A stretch of DNA of 64,000 nucleotides from Octopus vulgaris (taxonomy: Eukaryota): assembly GCA_951406725.2 (NCBI GenBank), contig OX597816.1, positions 155,868,001 to 155,932,000 on the forward strand. Reading direction: 5' to 3'. Shown in pieces: positions 1 to 13,704 of the stretch (position 1 is its first letter; every line of letters starts with the position of its first letter). A program made the translations under genes and the position numbers. The notes under the pieces are model-generated. The model saw nothing but the letters and a program-made list of their open reading frames with translations. It ran no database searches and had not been told where the DNA came from.

Positions 1-148
1 TTTTGAAATGTTTGTTTTTGAAGATAAAAAAAGCGTAGAAATGAAAAGAATCTTTTTTAAAAGATTAATTTTATCGAAACCGCTGTCAATCATTTTTATG
101 AATCATAGGAGCACTTTTTAAAACATAATCCTCAAATTATCTTAGAAA

Positions 149-238
<90 letters not shown>

Positions 239-558
239 ACAAACACGCACGCACATGTACACACACTCTCACAAGCTCGCGTACAATTACTCTCGAGCAC
301 AAGCCGTCTCACATACACATGTAATGGTCATAACTATATACTTTGTGGTGCTGTTACATAGTTGGTCTGGTACACATATTTCAATGTGTTGAACACATGA
401 TATCGAACGATATAAAAGCAATATGAAGAAGAGCTGTGTACTTTGCTTGTGGCTGCACAGATCAATGAAAAGCCAGTAGAATGAAATGGCAATTGATCGG
501 TTTACTGATTGTCATATCTTCTATTTGTGTTATAAGCACAAATTTGAGTTTGTGCACA

Positions 559-592
<34 letters not shown>

Positions 593-2214
593 TGCACACA
601 TGCACACATTCAACACATACACATCCTTCCCTCCTTACGCTCACTCCACACACAGTTGCTCGTAAAGAGACGAAGCAATGTGAAAACTTAAAAAAGACCT
701 TACAGAATTTAGACCAGGTAAATAGGTAAACACTAATAAAATAATCAACGTTTCGAACCTAGAACCGTATGTCGTGTTTCATTCGATTTGTTTCTGTCGG
801 TATTTCCGTTAAATTACGTAAGTAATATATTTCCATGTCTAAATATATTAACAATTTATTAAGTATGAGAAAACAAGTTGGTGATGTATTGTGATAGAAG
901 AGAGGCGTCTTCTACTGATCTACGTATCTTACTAATTGGCAATTATAAAAAGAAGCAAAACGTCACCCTTTGAAAATGAGGCACGATCTTCAGAGAACAG
1001 GACAAAGAACTTTCTGTCTTTATATTCATAATTTTTCTTCTAATCGTTATGCTGAAATTTTTAAATGCATTAGCTTTCGGCATTATGGGTTTAAGAGTTC
1101 CAGTTGCAGCTGTTACATCAATTTCCTTCATTCATTATTGGAATAGAGAGAACAGAATTGAAGATTTTAAATTAGAAATTGTGACTTTTACTTCTATCAC
1201 AGGATGAGTCTGCAAGGAACATTTTGACGTCGTAGAGATATTATTAACAATCATATCTGTGGGTAATTCTGTGTACCTGATTGACTAACATCGTCCCTCA
1301 CAAAGAAGATGAATGCAGAACTACATGCGAACCAAAACCACTTTTACATCACCACTCACTGGAATGAAATCAACCGAGGAGGAGTCGGCTGCTGAGAGTT
1401 AAATGTATCAACATCGATATCACAATACAAAGCGTTCTTAGTCAGGTTTGTTATTCGATATTCTCTTGACTCAGACATGGCTTTCTTTAGATATTATAAT
1501 ACTTGTTAAAAACAAATTTTATAGAAGCAGATGAATGAAATACGGGTCTCATTTTGAATAGGTATAAAGGTACTCTATGCTAAGCGATGTAGAGGGATAC
1601 CGCATAGTTTATTCCATTACTTTGGCTATTTTAGATGTAAATTACATCAACTAAGAACTTAGTGTGTCACGATATTGACTTACCAGATTAGTATGATATA
1701 GTGTAGTTGCTGTTTGGCACTAGAGTAGCTCTGACTGATCAAAAGTGTTCTAGCACAACCGTCTTGTCTTTTATTCAATCATAATCTTTCTAGAACCACA
1801 TTAGAAAGTATATTCTTTTAAGATGATGGCATATGAAGGAGATTTGGTTAGTATTTCTAGCAGTTTGAGTAACTCTGTAAATGCTCTCCCATTGTAGTAT
1901 CACTAGAACTGTATTATGTCTGTGTCTAAGGTACATCCTGTTTATCTAGTTGCAAAAGAGCAGCCATCTGTACAATAACAGTCAAAACCTGACATTAGTT
2001 TATAATATGGATACAATATTACACAAGAGAAGAACCGACCAAATTTCCCTCCATATTTATCTGTTTCATTATTATACCGTTTCTGAAAGGCCATAAGACG
2101 AAGAAGATCTCAGCGATATTTGATCTCAGAACACTGATAACCGAACTGTGTGATGCTCAGACATTTCTGTCACTTAACTTTTCTATCACTTAACCCCTTT
2201 AAAATCGTCGTAAT

Positions 2215-2835
2215 ATTGATTTCAAACTTTGGCACAAGGCGAGCAGTTTTGTGGGAGGGAGTAAGTCGATTACATTCGACGCCAAAGTTCAACTCTTACT
2301 TATATCATCGATCCCGAAAGGATGAAAGGTAAAGTCAACCTCGACGGAATTTAAAGTCAGAACGCAAATGACTGTGTGGTAAGAAGCTTGCTTCCCAACC
2401 ACATAGTTCCGGGTTCAGTCTCACTGTATGGCACCTTGGGCAAGTGTCTTCTACTATAACCTCGGGCCGACGAAAGCTTTGTGAGTGGATTTGGCAGACG
2501 GAAACTAAAAGAAGCCCGTCGTGTATATATATATATGTATATCTGTGTGTGTGTATGGATATATTTGTGTGTGCTTGTTTGTCCCCCTCCCACGGTCCCT
2601 TGACAACCGATGTTGGTGTGTTTACGTCCCCGTAAACTAGCGGTTCGCAAAAGGGACTGATAGAATAAGTACTAGGCTTACAAAGAATAAGTCTGGGGTT
2701 TGATTTTTTCGACTAAAGGCGATGCTGCAGCATGGCTTCAGTCAAATAACAAAGAAATAAAAGAATAAAAGAATGGACAAAATGCTGCTAGGCATTTTTC
2801 CCGACGTACTAAAGATTCTGCCAGCTCGCCACTTT
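2215..2835 (-). mobile_element. tRNA-derived SINE family B, split by a family A SINE
   Basis: Halves 2215-2366 and 2773-2835 join into the same sequence as the copies at 5963-6178 and 22980-23196. Confidence 0.75.
2367..2772 (+). mobile_element. tRNA-derived SINE family A
   Basis: Head ctgtgtggtaagaagc...ggttcagtc (A/B-box-like), internal TA/TG run, tail aaagaataaaagaat; colinear with 3039-3445. Confidence 0.85.
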
Positions 2836-3038
2836 AATTCGCCGTAATATAAAACTATCAACGTTTAGATTTTAAATTCTCTCATCAGTATAGTTTGTAG
2901 AGGGATGCCCTTTTCTCAAAATGATTCGGGATAGATAAAGTACACGATGATGACTTCTCTAGATACTACTCTGGATACTGGTCAAAACAGTGATTGTTAG
3001 ACTAAAATTTTCTGATATACAGAAAATTTTCTGATATA

Positions 3039-3445
3039 GGCGTAGGAGTGGCTGTGTGGTAAGTAGCTTGTTTACCAACCACATGCTTCCGGGTTCAGTC
3101 CCACTGCGTGGAAACTTGGGCAAGTGTCTTCTACTATAGCCTCAGGCCAACCAAAACCTTGCAAGTGGATTTGGTAGACGGAAACTGAAAGAAACCCGTC
3201 GTATATATGTATATATATATATGTGTGTCTGCGTGTATGTTTGTGTGTCTGTGTGTTTGTCCCTGCAACATAGCTTGACAACCGAAGCTGGTGTGTTTAC
3301 GTCACAGTAACTTAGCGGTTCGGCAAAAGAGACCGATAGAATAAGTTCTAGGGTTACAAAGAATAAGTGCTGGGGTCGATTTGCTCGACTAAAGGCGGTG
3401 CTCCATCATGGCCACACTCAAATGACTGAAACAAGTAAAAGAGGT
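3039..3445 (+). mobile_element. tRNA-derived SINE family A, full length
   Basis: ggcgtaggagtggctgtgtggtaag (A box)...ggttcagtccc (B box)...gactgaaacaagtaaaagag. Partial copies at about 8005-8210, 20787-20930, 23685-23870, 32568-32800, 38375-38560(-), 59208-59295, 59500-59640(-). Confidence 0.88.
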
Positions 3446-5365
3446 ATATTCGAATATATATCATATACATGAGGTGATATAATTACCTAAGTGCATATAT
3501 TTATGTACTCTAAATCTGGATGCTATCTTTACTGCTAATTAAATATAGAGAGCTTATGTTCCGACATTGACTGAATGTTAAATTAATAATCAGTAATCCT
3601 CTGAGTCGTTAAAGGAGTTGTTGATACCGGAGTGCTAGTCTTTCAGGGATGACTCAAGGAAAAACACACTCGATTGATTTCTGTTTGACTTTACCAAACT
3701 CATAAAATCATTTCTTGTAGAACACTTTCACACATCTTGCAGTGGTAAAGGAACATGGTCTAATTGTTAGGGTGTTGGGATCACGAATATAAGGTCATGG
3801 ATTAGATTACTGGTTCAGGTGGTGCATAGTGTTCTTGGACAAAGTACTTCTTTTCATGATGCTTCAGTCAAATTAGCTGAAAAGAAGTACCAGCGTATTG
3901 CTGGTGCGTCCCCTTCTCTTTCTCTCTACCATTGCCATATTCTCAATGTTTTGCTAGGCCAAATATGGGAAGGACCCAAGTGAATGTCTATGTTTCATGT
4001 GAGTGTGCACAGGCACCTAAAACAATCAGTGAGAGCATGGTACATGCTATCAAGTCATACTGGTTTGTGATTGTCAGCTATGATTTTTGGCATAGCTTGA
4101 TCTATTAGTCTATTAAGAAATAATAGCATTGTCAAGAGTACAATGAAATTATAGTAGAGTTGTAGTACATTACTAGAAAGCTTAGACCGGGTTGAAAGCT
4201 CGATTACCTTTGGTGACCTAACAACCCATTAAGAGTTCCAGGAAGTTTTCTTCTCAAGAATACAATACAACGTCGATAACGGGTTATAAAATATAAAGAA
4301 AAGTAGCTGTGATTCTTGTTTGTGATGTGGTGACAGCAACAGTGGCGAAGTTGGCACTAAGTAATAACTTAGTAATACACATACATACATACATACATAC
4401 ATACATACATACATACATACATACATACATACATACATACATACATACATACATGCATGCATATACACACGTGCTTACGTATATGTATATGTATGCACAG
4501 TCACACGCATACAAAGCTATACATACATTAATTAAGCGAGGTGAATAAAAGAATAACAGTTCATGTATATGAAAGCTAATTATAAATAATTCTCAGAGAG
4601 AATGATTGAGTGATAGCAATAACAAAGAGAGGAGAATTTCTGTTGAAAGGAAGTTGAGAAAAGACGAAACGTGTCTTAGAAGTCAAACTAAGAAACAACA
4701 AAGCAATTTTTAACAATAACTAAACAACTATTTGTCACATTTATGACAAAATGAAAATTAGATTCATTGTTGGACAATATTGAATTTTTTGTTGTTACTG
4801 TATGAACTCAAATCAATATGGGCGATGGAATCGATATTATGGGTCTGATAGTTATTCAAGCTCTGCATGATGTATGTACCCCTTTAACTGGCATTACAGA
4901 ACAAGTTTCAATTCTTATTTTAGCTCATACATTCATTTCATAAACATTCTCTTTGCCCCTGACGTGTAACCAATAGCCTTAGTGTTTTAAGGATACCACT
5001 AAAAAATAGTGTTATGATATGAATCATTTGCCTTAATTATGTTTATGTGTGTGTGCGTGTGTGTGAAGGTGAATTATATTTCCTAAACTTATTTCAAAAA
5101 CTATATATCTGCTATATTGCACGTTAAACGATCAGTGTTGACGATCATGTCCAGGTTTCTATCATATCAGTTAGAGTGTTCCTACGCAGCTACTCAACAT
5201 GCTAGAAATAGAAAACATATTTCACTTAAAATCAAACCCAACTGCCATATAAAAAGAAAAGATTACATAGATTGGATACATAATATTTGAATGGTGTTGT
5301 GTGGACGCCCCCAGACGATGAAGTAGGCTAGCCCAATACGTAGATATAGTGGGAGAAGCCAAGAC

Positions 5366-5408
<43 letters not shown>

Positions 5409-5962
5409 CTAGAACAGAGAGGAGTAGCAGAGTAGAGAGAGAGAGAGTAGAGTTGAGTAGAAGGCATCCGAACGTGCGACATAACAAATGGAATGAACGA
5501 TGTTTAAAAACCGAACCGCTATTAATCATTTGTTTGGTTGATCAGGTGTGACTGGAACTAAACAGGAACAGTAGCGACATCAACAACAATAACAATATTT
5601 CTTGATTGTATCGGAAGCCTATTTGTATTCACATCGAGTTGGAAAATAGAAGCGAAAGTTTCAGTTTATACGTTATTATCGATATCTTAGTTGTAAGGAG
5701 AGAGCAAAAGGCTTGATCATTTGGAATCAGCAATTCAAGTGCCGTTGCCATTCAGGAAAATCAATTCTCATTTAATATGATGATTCATAAAATTCAGCAT
5801 TTTAAAACTCACATAACTGTAATAACTGTAATATTGTCGAGTATTTAGATGGTTAAAAAGAAATGAATTCCTTTTGCAAATGTTATATGATATAGACGCT
5901 CCTCCTATCCAGCAGGTTTGTCACTCATTCCAGTGGGTCACTGAGAGATAAATCGCAGTGAT

Positions 5963-6178
5963 ATTATTTCTTTATTGGCCCACAAGGGGCTAAACATAGA
6001 GGGGACAAACAAGGACAGGCAAAGGGATTAAGTCGATTACATCGACCCCAGAGCATTACTGGTACTTAATTTATCGACCCCGAAAGGATAAAAGGCAAAG
6101 TCGACCTCGGTGGAATTTGAACTCAGAACGTAACGGCAGACGAAATACCGCTAAGTATTTCGCCAGCTCGCCGCCTTT
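5963..6178 (-). mobile_element. SINE family B
   Basis: Minus strand aaggcggcgagctggc...gttctgagttcaaattccacc (B-box-like)...cccttgtgggccaataaagaaata. Confidence 0.85.
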
Positions 6179-6529
6179 AAATTGCAGTGATATAGTGAGG
6201 AACTGGCTAAGAGTAGGGTAGGGATATAAAAGTAGGCTAATAGGCAGAGTCATAAATCGTAAAGCCAAATGTACTACCATAGCTAAAACTTACAAATTGT
6301 TATCCCATTCCACCGGAAGTGTCATCTTTCTCAACAGGAACATACCATTCTGAGATGTAGTTTATGCAGAATTAAGAGAGTGAGAGACAAATTGAGCAGA
6401 TAGGAAACCAATCTATATCGTATACAATTCATCACGTTAAAGGAATTGAACTAAGTACTACAAGATATTATCCGACTGTCTTCCAGCTTTGTGTATTTTT
6501 TCATCTCGCACTAATTACTACCTTCTTCA

Positions 6530-6715
6530 AAGGGGCGAGCTGGTAGAGTAGTTAGCATGCTGGGTAAAATGCTTAGAGGCATTTCGCCCAGCCTTACGTT
6601 CCGAGTTCAAATTTCGCCGAAGTCGACTTTGCCTTTCATCCTTTTGGAGTCGATAAAATAAGTATCAGTCGAAGACTAGGGTCGATGTAATCGACTACCC
6701 TCTCCCCCAGAATTA
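6530..6715 (+). mobile_element. SINE family B
   Basis: aggggcgagctggtagagtagttagc...gagttcaaatttcgcc...gtcgatgtaatcgac; inverted relative to 5963-6178. Further copies at 19612-19756(-), 22270-22480(+), 22980-23196(-). Confidence 0.82.
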
Positions 6716-7274
6716 ACTACTATCTTCTTAGAGTTGAATGAATTTGGCTTTGAAATAGGAACTGAAAGCTTGAATTGCTGAGAGGACATAGAGTGCTGAT
6801 CACTCTCATGATTTTTCGAAAACCTATCCTGTAAGTGTGAGAAATTATTGCCAATGCCAGACTGACATACTTACAAGATTTGCTTATTATTTAATTCAAA
6901 GACATGAAACACGAGCAAAGTACTGGCATTCGAACCAATAAAGTAATTTTCTCTTTGTTTAATACAACACATCACGATCTAAATTCTAATTATAAGGTAC
7001 TGTAACATTTAATGGACTGAGGACTATAACGAAGGGCCAATAAGACCCCTGACTGTATGTAGCCTGTTACAGTCAAAACTACCCTGGATATTGACTACAG
7101 CTAAAAATAAAAAGCAAGTGAAATTAGAATAAATCGACATAATATTGAGGACAATGATGCGATTTGTTGGAAACTTAGACTGTATTGCAAAATTGTAAAC
7201 GAAGTTACCTTAATATGCTTCATAAAGTTATTTTTAGGGCCTGTGATTAAACCAGAGAATTCTCAGCTGTTAGC

Positions 7275-7336
<62 letters not shown>

Positions 7337-7913
7337 GAGAGTTACATCGACTCAACTAATGGATTATATAGTTTATCTCTCCAGAGAAAGAGTCAGTAAA
7401 CGGATCCTGACTATGGCTTTAACGAAAGTTGAAACCAATTGATTTCTAGATTTGATATTGTTTCCTGCCCTCCATTACACCTTCTGGCTAAACTACCGTG
7501 TCTAATTTTTCTAGTAAAGCAAAGCATATGTATGTTAAATGTATGAGCGTAACTTTACGTTATTGAAATATATTCTATATAACAGCACACCAGTTAACTA
7601 TATTCTGAGGCACCTGCACGGCATTCTCCAAAGTGTCGCTGCAACATATAACATGAAAATATCTCTGAACATCTCCTGTGTAAAGTCACTTACAAATGAC
7701 CAAGCAGTGTTTCAATGTCTTTTATTGACATAAAAGAAATCAATAATGTGATTGAATACATTGGAGTAACTATTTCGTAAAAGATTGTTTAATCAAATCG
7801 ATTCTACCATTGCAGTTTTGGCTGGTTTCCTCGGTTCAATGTGTCACATTTCGAAGAGCATGAAAAAGACAATGTAAGCGAGAGACGTTAACTGTATATA
7901 TATATATATATAT

Positions 7914-8007
<94 letters not shown>

Positions 8008-8219
8008 GTGTGTGTGTGTTTGTCCCGCCAACATCGCTTGACAACCGATACTGGTGTGTTTACCTCCCCATAACTTAACTGTTAGGCGAAAGAGACCGAT
8101 AGAATACTAGGCTAACAAAGAATAAGTTCTGAGGTCGATTTGTTCGACAAAAGGCGGTGCCCCAGTATGGTCGCAGCCAAATGACTGAAACAAGTAAAAG
8201 AATAAAAGAATACACACAC

Positions 8220-8309
<90 letters not shown>

Positions 8310-8413
8310 TTTGGGTGTGTATGTGTGTCCGTGTATTTGTGAGTTCGTGCGAACGTATATATGTACATGCGTAAATACATTCGATAGAAATTTCGTCAAT
8401 ACAATTCACTTAC

Positions 8414-9335
8414 CTTAAAATCTTGGTTAGCTCCGAAGTAGATAGGTATAAATGCCAACCACACTATACATGTGCTGTACATGGTAAAAGCTATGTATTT
8501 AGCTTCGTTGAAGTTCTGTGGGATCTTTCGTGTTTTGAAAGCATATACCGTACATAAGATAATGAGGAACATATTGTAGAAAAGGGAGATAACTATTGCT
8601 ATCTGACTTGTCTTGCACTTTAAAATTAAGGCGTCTTTTCCTTGGAGGACGTACATAATATCTGGTCTTTCGAAGCCAATCCATGTAAAAGCTCCAACTA
8701 CTTGAACAGAGACCAAGGAGAAACAAATAATTACTTGTGACCTTGGACTTGTATAGCTTGGCCTTTTCACAACTGCTCGAATACCACGATTGAAAATTCG
8801 GTAAATTCGGTTGGTTTTGGTTAACATTGAGGCGTAAACGAGGCTTAGAGAGGATCCAAGACCTAAACGCATAATAGTGCAAATTGCTATCGATGGCCTG
8901 GCAAGCATCACGAATGATGTGCCGTATGAAAGGAAAATACCCAGAAAAAGTATATAACACAGCTCTCGGCCTGATGCCATGATTACTGGCGTTTTGCTAT
9001 ATAATATGAATGTAACTAAAACGAAAATTGTTGAAACTATTCCTAAAGCAGAGAATGTAATGGGCAGAATTGCCCATAATGTTGTCCATTGAAGATGGAG
9101 GACTGGTAGACGTACGCATGAAGTTTTGTTCGCATCAGGGCGAAAGCCTAATGGACAGTCTTTGCAGGTGCTGACGTTCTCTAGAATTTGGTAGTCATTG
9201 CAGCGAACACACACCCAGCAGCAGGCATCGCTGCCACTTTTAGCATAGCCAAGACCACACGGCTCTGAACATATCGATGTCGGAGTAACATTAGATCCAT
9301 TTCGCCATGAAATCTTGTCTTCAAATAAACGGAGA
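8414..9335 (-). CDS. mGluR: mGluR-family class C GPCR, exon encoding the nine-cysteine domain and TM1-TM6
   Basis: Acceptor tttttctctag at 9336-9346, donor AAG|gtaagt at 8413; 922 nt. Translates (S)LRLFEDKISWRNGSNVTPTSICSEPCGLGYAKSGSDACCWVCVRC...TPVIMASGRELCY...TKTNRIYRIF...YAFKTRKIPQNFNEAKYIAFTMYSTCIVWLAFIPIYFG, all hallmark mGluR motifs; contains ORF 8396..9214. Confidence 0.98.
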
Positions 9336-11052
9336 CTAGAGAAAAATAGAAATAGAAAAAGAAGATATTGAATTTGAAGTGTTATTGATAAACATGTCGG
9401 GAATATAAATGTTCATAATATTTAAACATTTCGGAAATATAATTCTTCATAATATTTAAACATTTTTTAATTGTTACAAATTTTCAGTTTTCTTTTCCTG
9501 CTATTTCGTGATTGGCTTAAAACACCGCATGCCTTACGGCGTATTACGAAGTTTTGATGGAAATCAAAATTTCACTGACTGAAAATTGAATATCGAAGAT
9601 GAAACTAAAAAGAAACAGCGAGGGGAAAAAAATCAATCATTAATAAGTGTGATGAATTTGAAGAGAAGAGAGAAGTTTACAATCAGTGAATACAAACATC
9701 TAAAAAAAGAACAAAAAAGAAAAGAAAAGGTTAAATACATAGGTTAAATACATTTTCAGTTTGAAATTAAAATTCACAAGACCCACACAATTTTGGTCGC
9801 AAATCTACAGTTTATAATGAGTATTTCATTAGCTGTTTCTGAGGTCTGAAAATATGCATTTATTAATATGGTCTTTGCTGTATACCTAACCAAGCTTATT
9901 CATTCTCATCGAATAACACTTTTCTCCAGCTCTAAATTTGTATCATGTTTGGAATAAGTGAACTGTAGAGGTTAGTGAAATTTATAGTGGGTTATGAGAT
10001 CTCAAAGTGATTTTTAAATATTGTTTTCACTGGGGAAGTTTATTAAGATTTGAAAGATTTTGCTTTGTAGGGATGAAACCAGCATCTGATGTGCAATAGA
10101 ATTAATCTAAAACATAAATGAGTTCTATATCTAACAAATGTGGATAAAAGTGAAAAGTGCTGACAAAGGCATTAATATTTAATTTTGTACTTTGGACGAA
10201 AGTATCTCTGCTTTTCTAGTTGATTCCAGTTTCTCTGTAGACCAACAAAACAAAAACAAAAACAAACAAAACAAGCAAACAAACAAATAAAAGTTAAAAG
10301 AAAAGGGAAATATGCTCTACTAGATGGCGTCAGGAGTGGGAAATATGTTATTTGAATGATTCAAAATTACTATATCAAAGATAATAAAAAAATCCCCAGC
10401 TCTTATATTGAATTAGGAATTCACAGTAAGAAGACGTTCATGACACTTTCTAATTGTAAATATCCTCTTTGATGCTGACCGGTTTTGGAACCCTAGCTTA
10501 GAGTTAAAATAATTCTATTACACAACCTGAGTTGGATCAGCAAGTTACATCTAAATAAAATCTCCCGGTGAAGAACAGATGTGACTGAAAGAGTTCAGCT
10601 TCGTGAATGTATATTTGTTGATTTCCTCCCTGTTTTTCTTGTTTTCTCTCTACATCAACTTGTTCATAGATGACTTTAAAACACTTCATTTTAAAACAAT
10701 CATTAAGAATATAAAAATAATTGTTCATATTTATTGTACTCGGGAGATATAAATATAGTGAAAAGTGCGTAGGTGTTAGAAAACAGAAGTAACAACATCC
10801 ATTCATTTACTTTAACTTTAGTTGAACTTTTACCGATGTTTTACAAATATTGGAAAAAAAACAAAGAAAAAAGGAAAGAAAAGAACAAGCTCATAGGCAC
10901 GCATATAGCGTTCTTTTCTGAAATATAAAACGTCTTCCAATACTTTTACGTTGAACAATGAATAATTATTTCTACTACAAAAGAAAACGTAAACTATTCT
11001 ATTAGATGGAAGACAATATGAAACTGAAAATATGTCACGCGAATTAAAAAGA

Positions 11053-11133
<81 letters not shown>

Positions 11134-12039
11134 CAAGTATATTTTAGCATATTTTTCTGGATATACAGAGAAATGGTTGCGCACACACCACATATACTAC
11201 TGCATACATATGCGCATAACATAAATAGCAATATAACGGAATAATTTAATTGTATAAAAAAAGTTTTAATAAAATATAAAAAGAAGCCTGCTGTGCTTTA
11301 CCATTACTGCCAAGACAAGCAACAGAAAATTAACAACAAGACAACTATTCTGTATCACGACTAAGAACAACAAAAATTTTCTCAAATTTCTAGTCCCATG
11401 CAGTGTCAGACATAATGAATTGATTCGTATGAATAGAAGAAGCCAAACGGACTGTATAGAAAAAATATAATAACGGACAGTTGAAATATGCTGCCGGCTT
11501 CAAGCAAAGATATATTAATTTGACACATAAACATATAGGAACTTTTCCAAGTATTGTTCTGCACTTTATTACAACGATCTTACAGTTAAATATAGTTTGC
11601 CACGAAGTAAGATACTTTTTACGAAAATTTTTTAACTAGGTTAAGATAGAAAAGTTTTACACTAACGTGATCAAAACTATTATACTCACAAAATATCAGA
11701 AAAAAAAAACGAAAGAATAATTAAAGCTAAAAATGATTGTATTAATATGATAATATTATTTATTGTATTCTTATGTAAGAATATACTACTTTCACGGCAA
11801 CTGTCCATCGTACAAAATGTTCTTTAGAAGTATTTGTTTAGAAACATTATAGATTTTATTACGTGTTTCTATAGATTTTTAAAGCACGCGTGTGTGTGGA
11901 CCTTATGTTTTGATCTATGTTTGTAACCACATTCTTATTGCTTTCTCTTTTATACTTGCCGAGTCTGGAAAAAGCAGCAGTGGTCATGAACCTTGCTGGC
12001 TCTCCCAGTCTGGCAAGACTGATGCTGTTTACACTGTTA

Positions 12040-12700
12040 CATATCAACATTTGTTCGAAAGATATGAGCTGGGAGAAGATTAAAAAAGGATGTTATTCTG
12101 AAAATGAAGGATTGGACAAAGCGTTTATAGTGGGGAGAGGAGTGGTGAAGGCTGAGTGAAGGCTGGCGAGAGGTGGGGAGACGAATAATTTCAGAGTGCC
12201 TGAGTGGTGGAGGTGCGAGACCAGTCAACTTCAATGACTTACGTTTGTGAGTCAAAGGTAGGAGTTTGTTAGTGATGGAATGCCAATCAGCCGAGTAGCT
12301 CTTCCCTGGGTGCGGTCCAGCATATCAGGATGCAGAGCAGTACTGCCCCAAGTGTAGGTGAATTATTCCATTGTGGACCACACATAAGTCTTGAAAAGTG
12401 TCAGCAGCTGTTGGGGTTGGCATTTCTTCTGGTCCTAAAAAATAGATGCTGTACTAGCTATGCTTGTAGGATGCGGTACTAGCTATGCTAAGGATGTTCT
12501 TTTGTCAGAAGTTATCCTCAGTTATCCTGCATCTGGAGCAGCTGCGAAGGCTCTCGCTTAGTGTCACTCAAATTTAGAGATATAGAGTTGAGGGCATTTT
12601 CTTAATATGATTGGTGGTTGATTTTTGTTTCTGCTTTTAAAAGATACTAAGTTGGCGTGGCTCTATTGAAGGAAGCTATCAATGTCTCCGTTTACAGAAC
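12040..12700 (-). mobile_element. Degenerate LINE (CR1/L2 group) reverse transcriptase C-terminal fragment
   Basis: Disrupted frames give PQQLLTLFKTYVWSTME and LAPPPLRHS...FVQSFIFR, typical of the end of CR1/L2-type ORF2. Confidence 0.6.
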
Positions 12701-13295
12701 CAATGTGAGTTTAGAGCATTGTACTTAAATTTGCGAGAGGATGATGCATGGTTAGGAAAGCTTATAGATGACTGAAAGGCCGTGTTGTTTAATAAGGGTG
12801 GGTATTCTTCGACGTGACGGCAATCTGTTCATCGAGTTATTGAGGAAAGAGATTGTCCTACAGAATCGATCCCCGGAGAACACAAGAGTTAATTGAGAGT
12901 AGAGCAGAAAGAACTCCGTCAAAAAATGCCGCAATAATGCGATATGAGAGAAAGCTTCTGGTCCAAAAGGTGACAAATGGATGGGACCCATAGATGGTTA
13001 GTTTTGAAAGAAATTTGCATATCAGGTACAGTTGCGAACCCCTTGCGGAAAAACATCGTTATTGCAGGACATCTTCAGAACAAGAACCCACCGGTGAGTG
13101 ATATAAGAGAGAGCTCCAGTGGATCTGACTCTACGGAAGACACACTGGTAGTTAGTGAGGAGACAGGGATTCTAGACCTACAGTTTTATATATAGGTTGT
13201 CATATTTACTGTTGCAATCCTAGGTAATCTATGTCTGAGTAAATAAAAGTAGTCCATTTGCGAATATACAGTTCTACATAGGCAGTGACCTGAAT

Positions 13296-13327
<32 letters not shown>

Positions 13328-13328
<1 letters not shown>

Positions 13329-13481
13329 AAAATCGAAAAATACCTTAGGAATGAGAACCCAGGTTCGAAATATCCCCAAGACACCTGATGAAGGCTGGAG
13401 GGTATATCAGCCGAAACGTTATGTTAACAACAAACAATATGAGAACAAATATCCGTCAAATGTAAATAATGTAAATAATGT
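13328..13481 (+). mobile_element. Penelope-like terminal repeat fragment carrying hammerhead motif(s)
   Basis: Contains CTGATGA-aggctg..cagcc-GAAA-cgtt; follows an (AAC)n run and ends in aatgtaaataatgtaaataatgt. Confidence 0.6.
13380..13425 (+). ncRNA. Minimal type I hammerhead ribozyme motif
   Basis: GACAC CUGAUGA A GGCUG GAGGGUAUAU CAGCC GAAA C GUU/ AUGUU; first stem I pair is a C.A mismatch. Confidence 0.7.
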
Positions 13482-13580
13482 ATATTTGCGAATATGTTTA
13501 AACGTAGACCTCTTTTCTATCATAACTGACGATGAGCTAAATAAACACAACAGTATTAACTTCAATGATATATTTCTTAC

Positions 13581-13704
13581 CTGCCCGTCCATTCTCCAAT
13601 CCTAATATATTTATATTCAATATCATCTCTTTGATACTGGTAAACATCATAGCGACCTGGTCCATCGCCTTTTTCATTAAATTCTACTGTTTCATCAGCG
13701 ATAC
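13581..13704 (-). CDS. mGluR: mGluR exon, end of Venus-flytrap domain
   Basis: ttgcag|GT ATC...GGC AG|gtaaga; 124 nt; (G)[40 protein letters not shown], matching the mGluR 'V.F.E.GD.PGRYDI.QYQ...IG.W' motif; phases join both neighbouring exons. Confidence 0.96.

Noticed and set aside
742-776. Minus-strand GAAACGUU resembling a hammerhead 3' half
   Set aside because: No CUGANGA-like box or matching stem I upstream.
943-1131. Minus-strand ORF as the missing TM7 exon
   Set aside because: No TM7 hydrophobic stretch or PKxY motif; the last exon probably lies left of the window.
8499-8960. 153-aa ORF overlapping the mGluR exon
   Set aside because: Alternative frame of a real exon with no recognisable motif.
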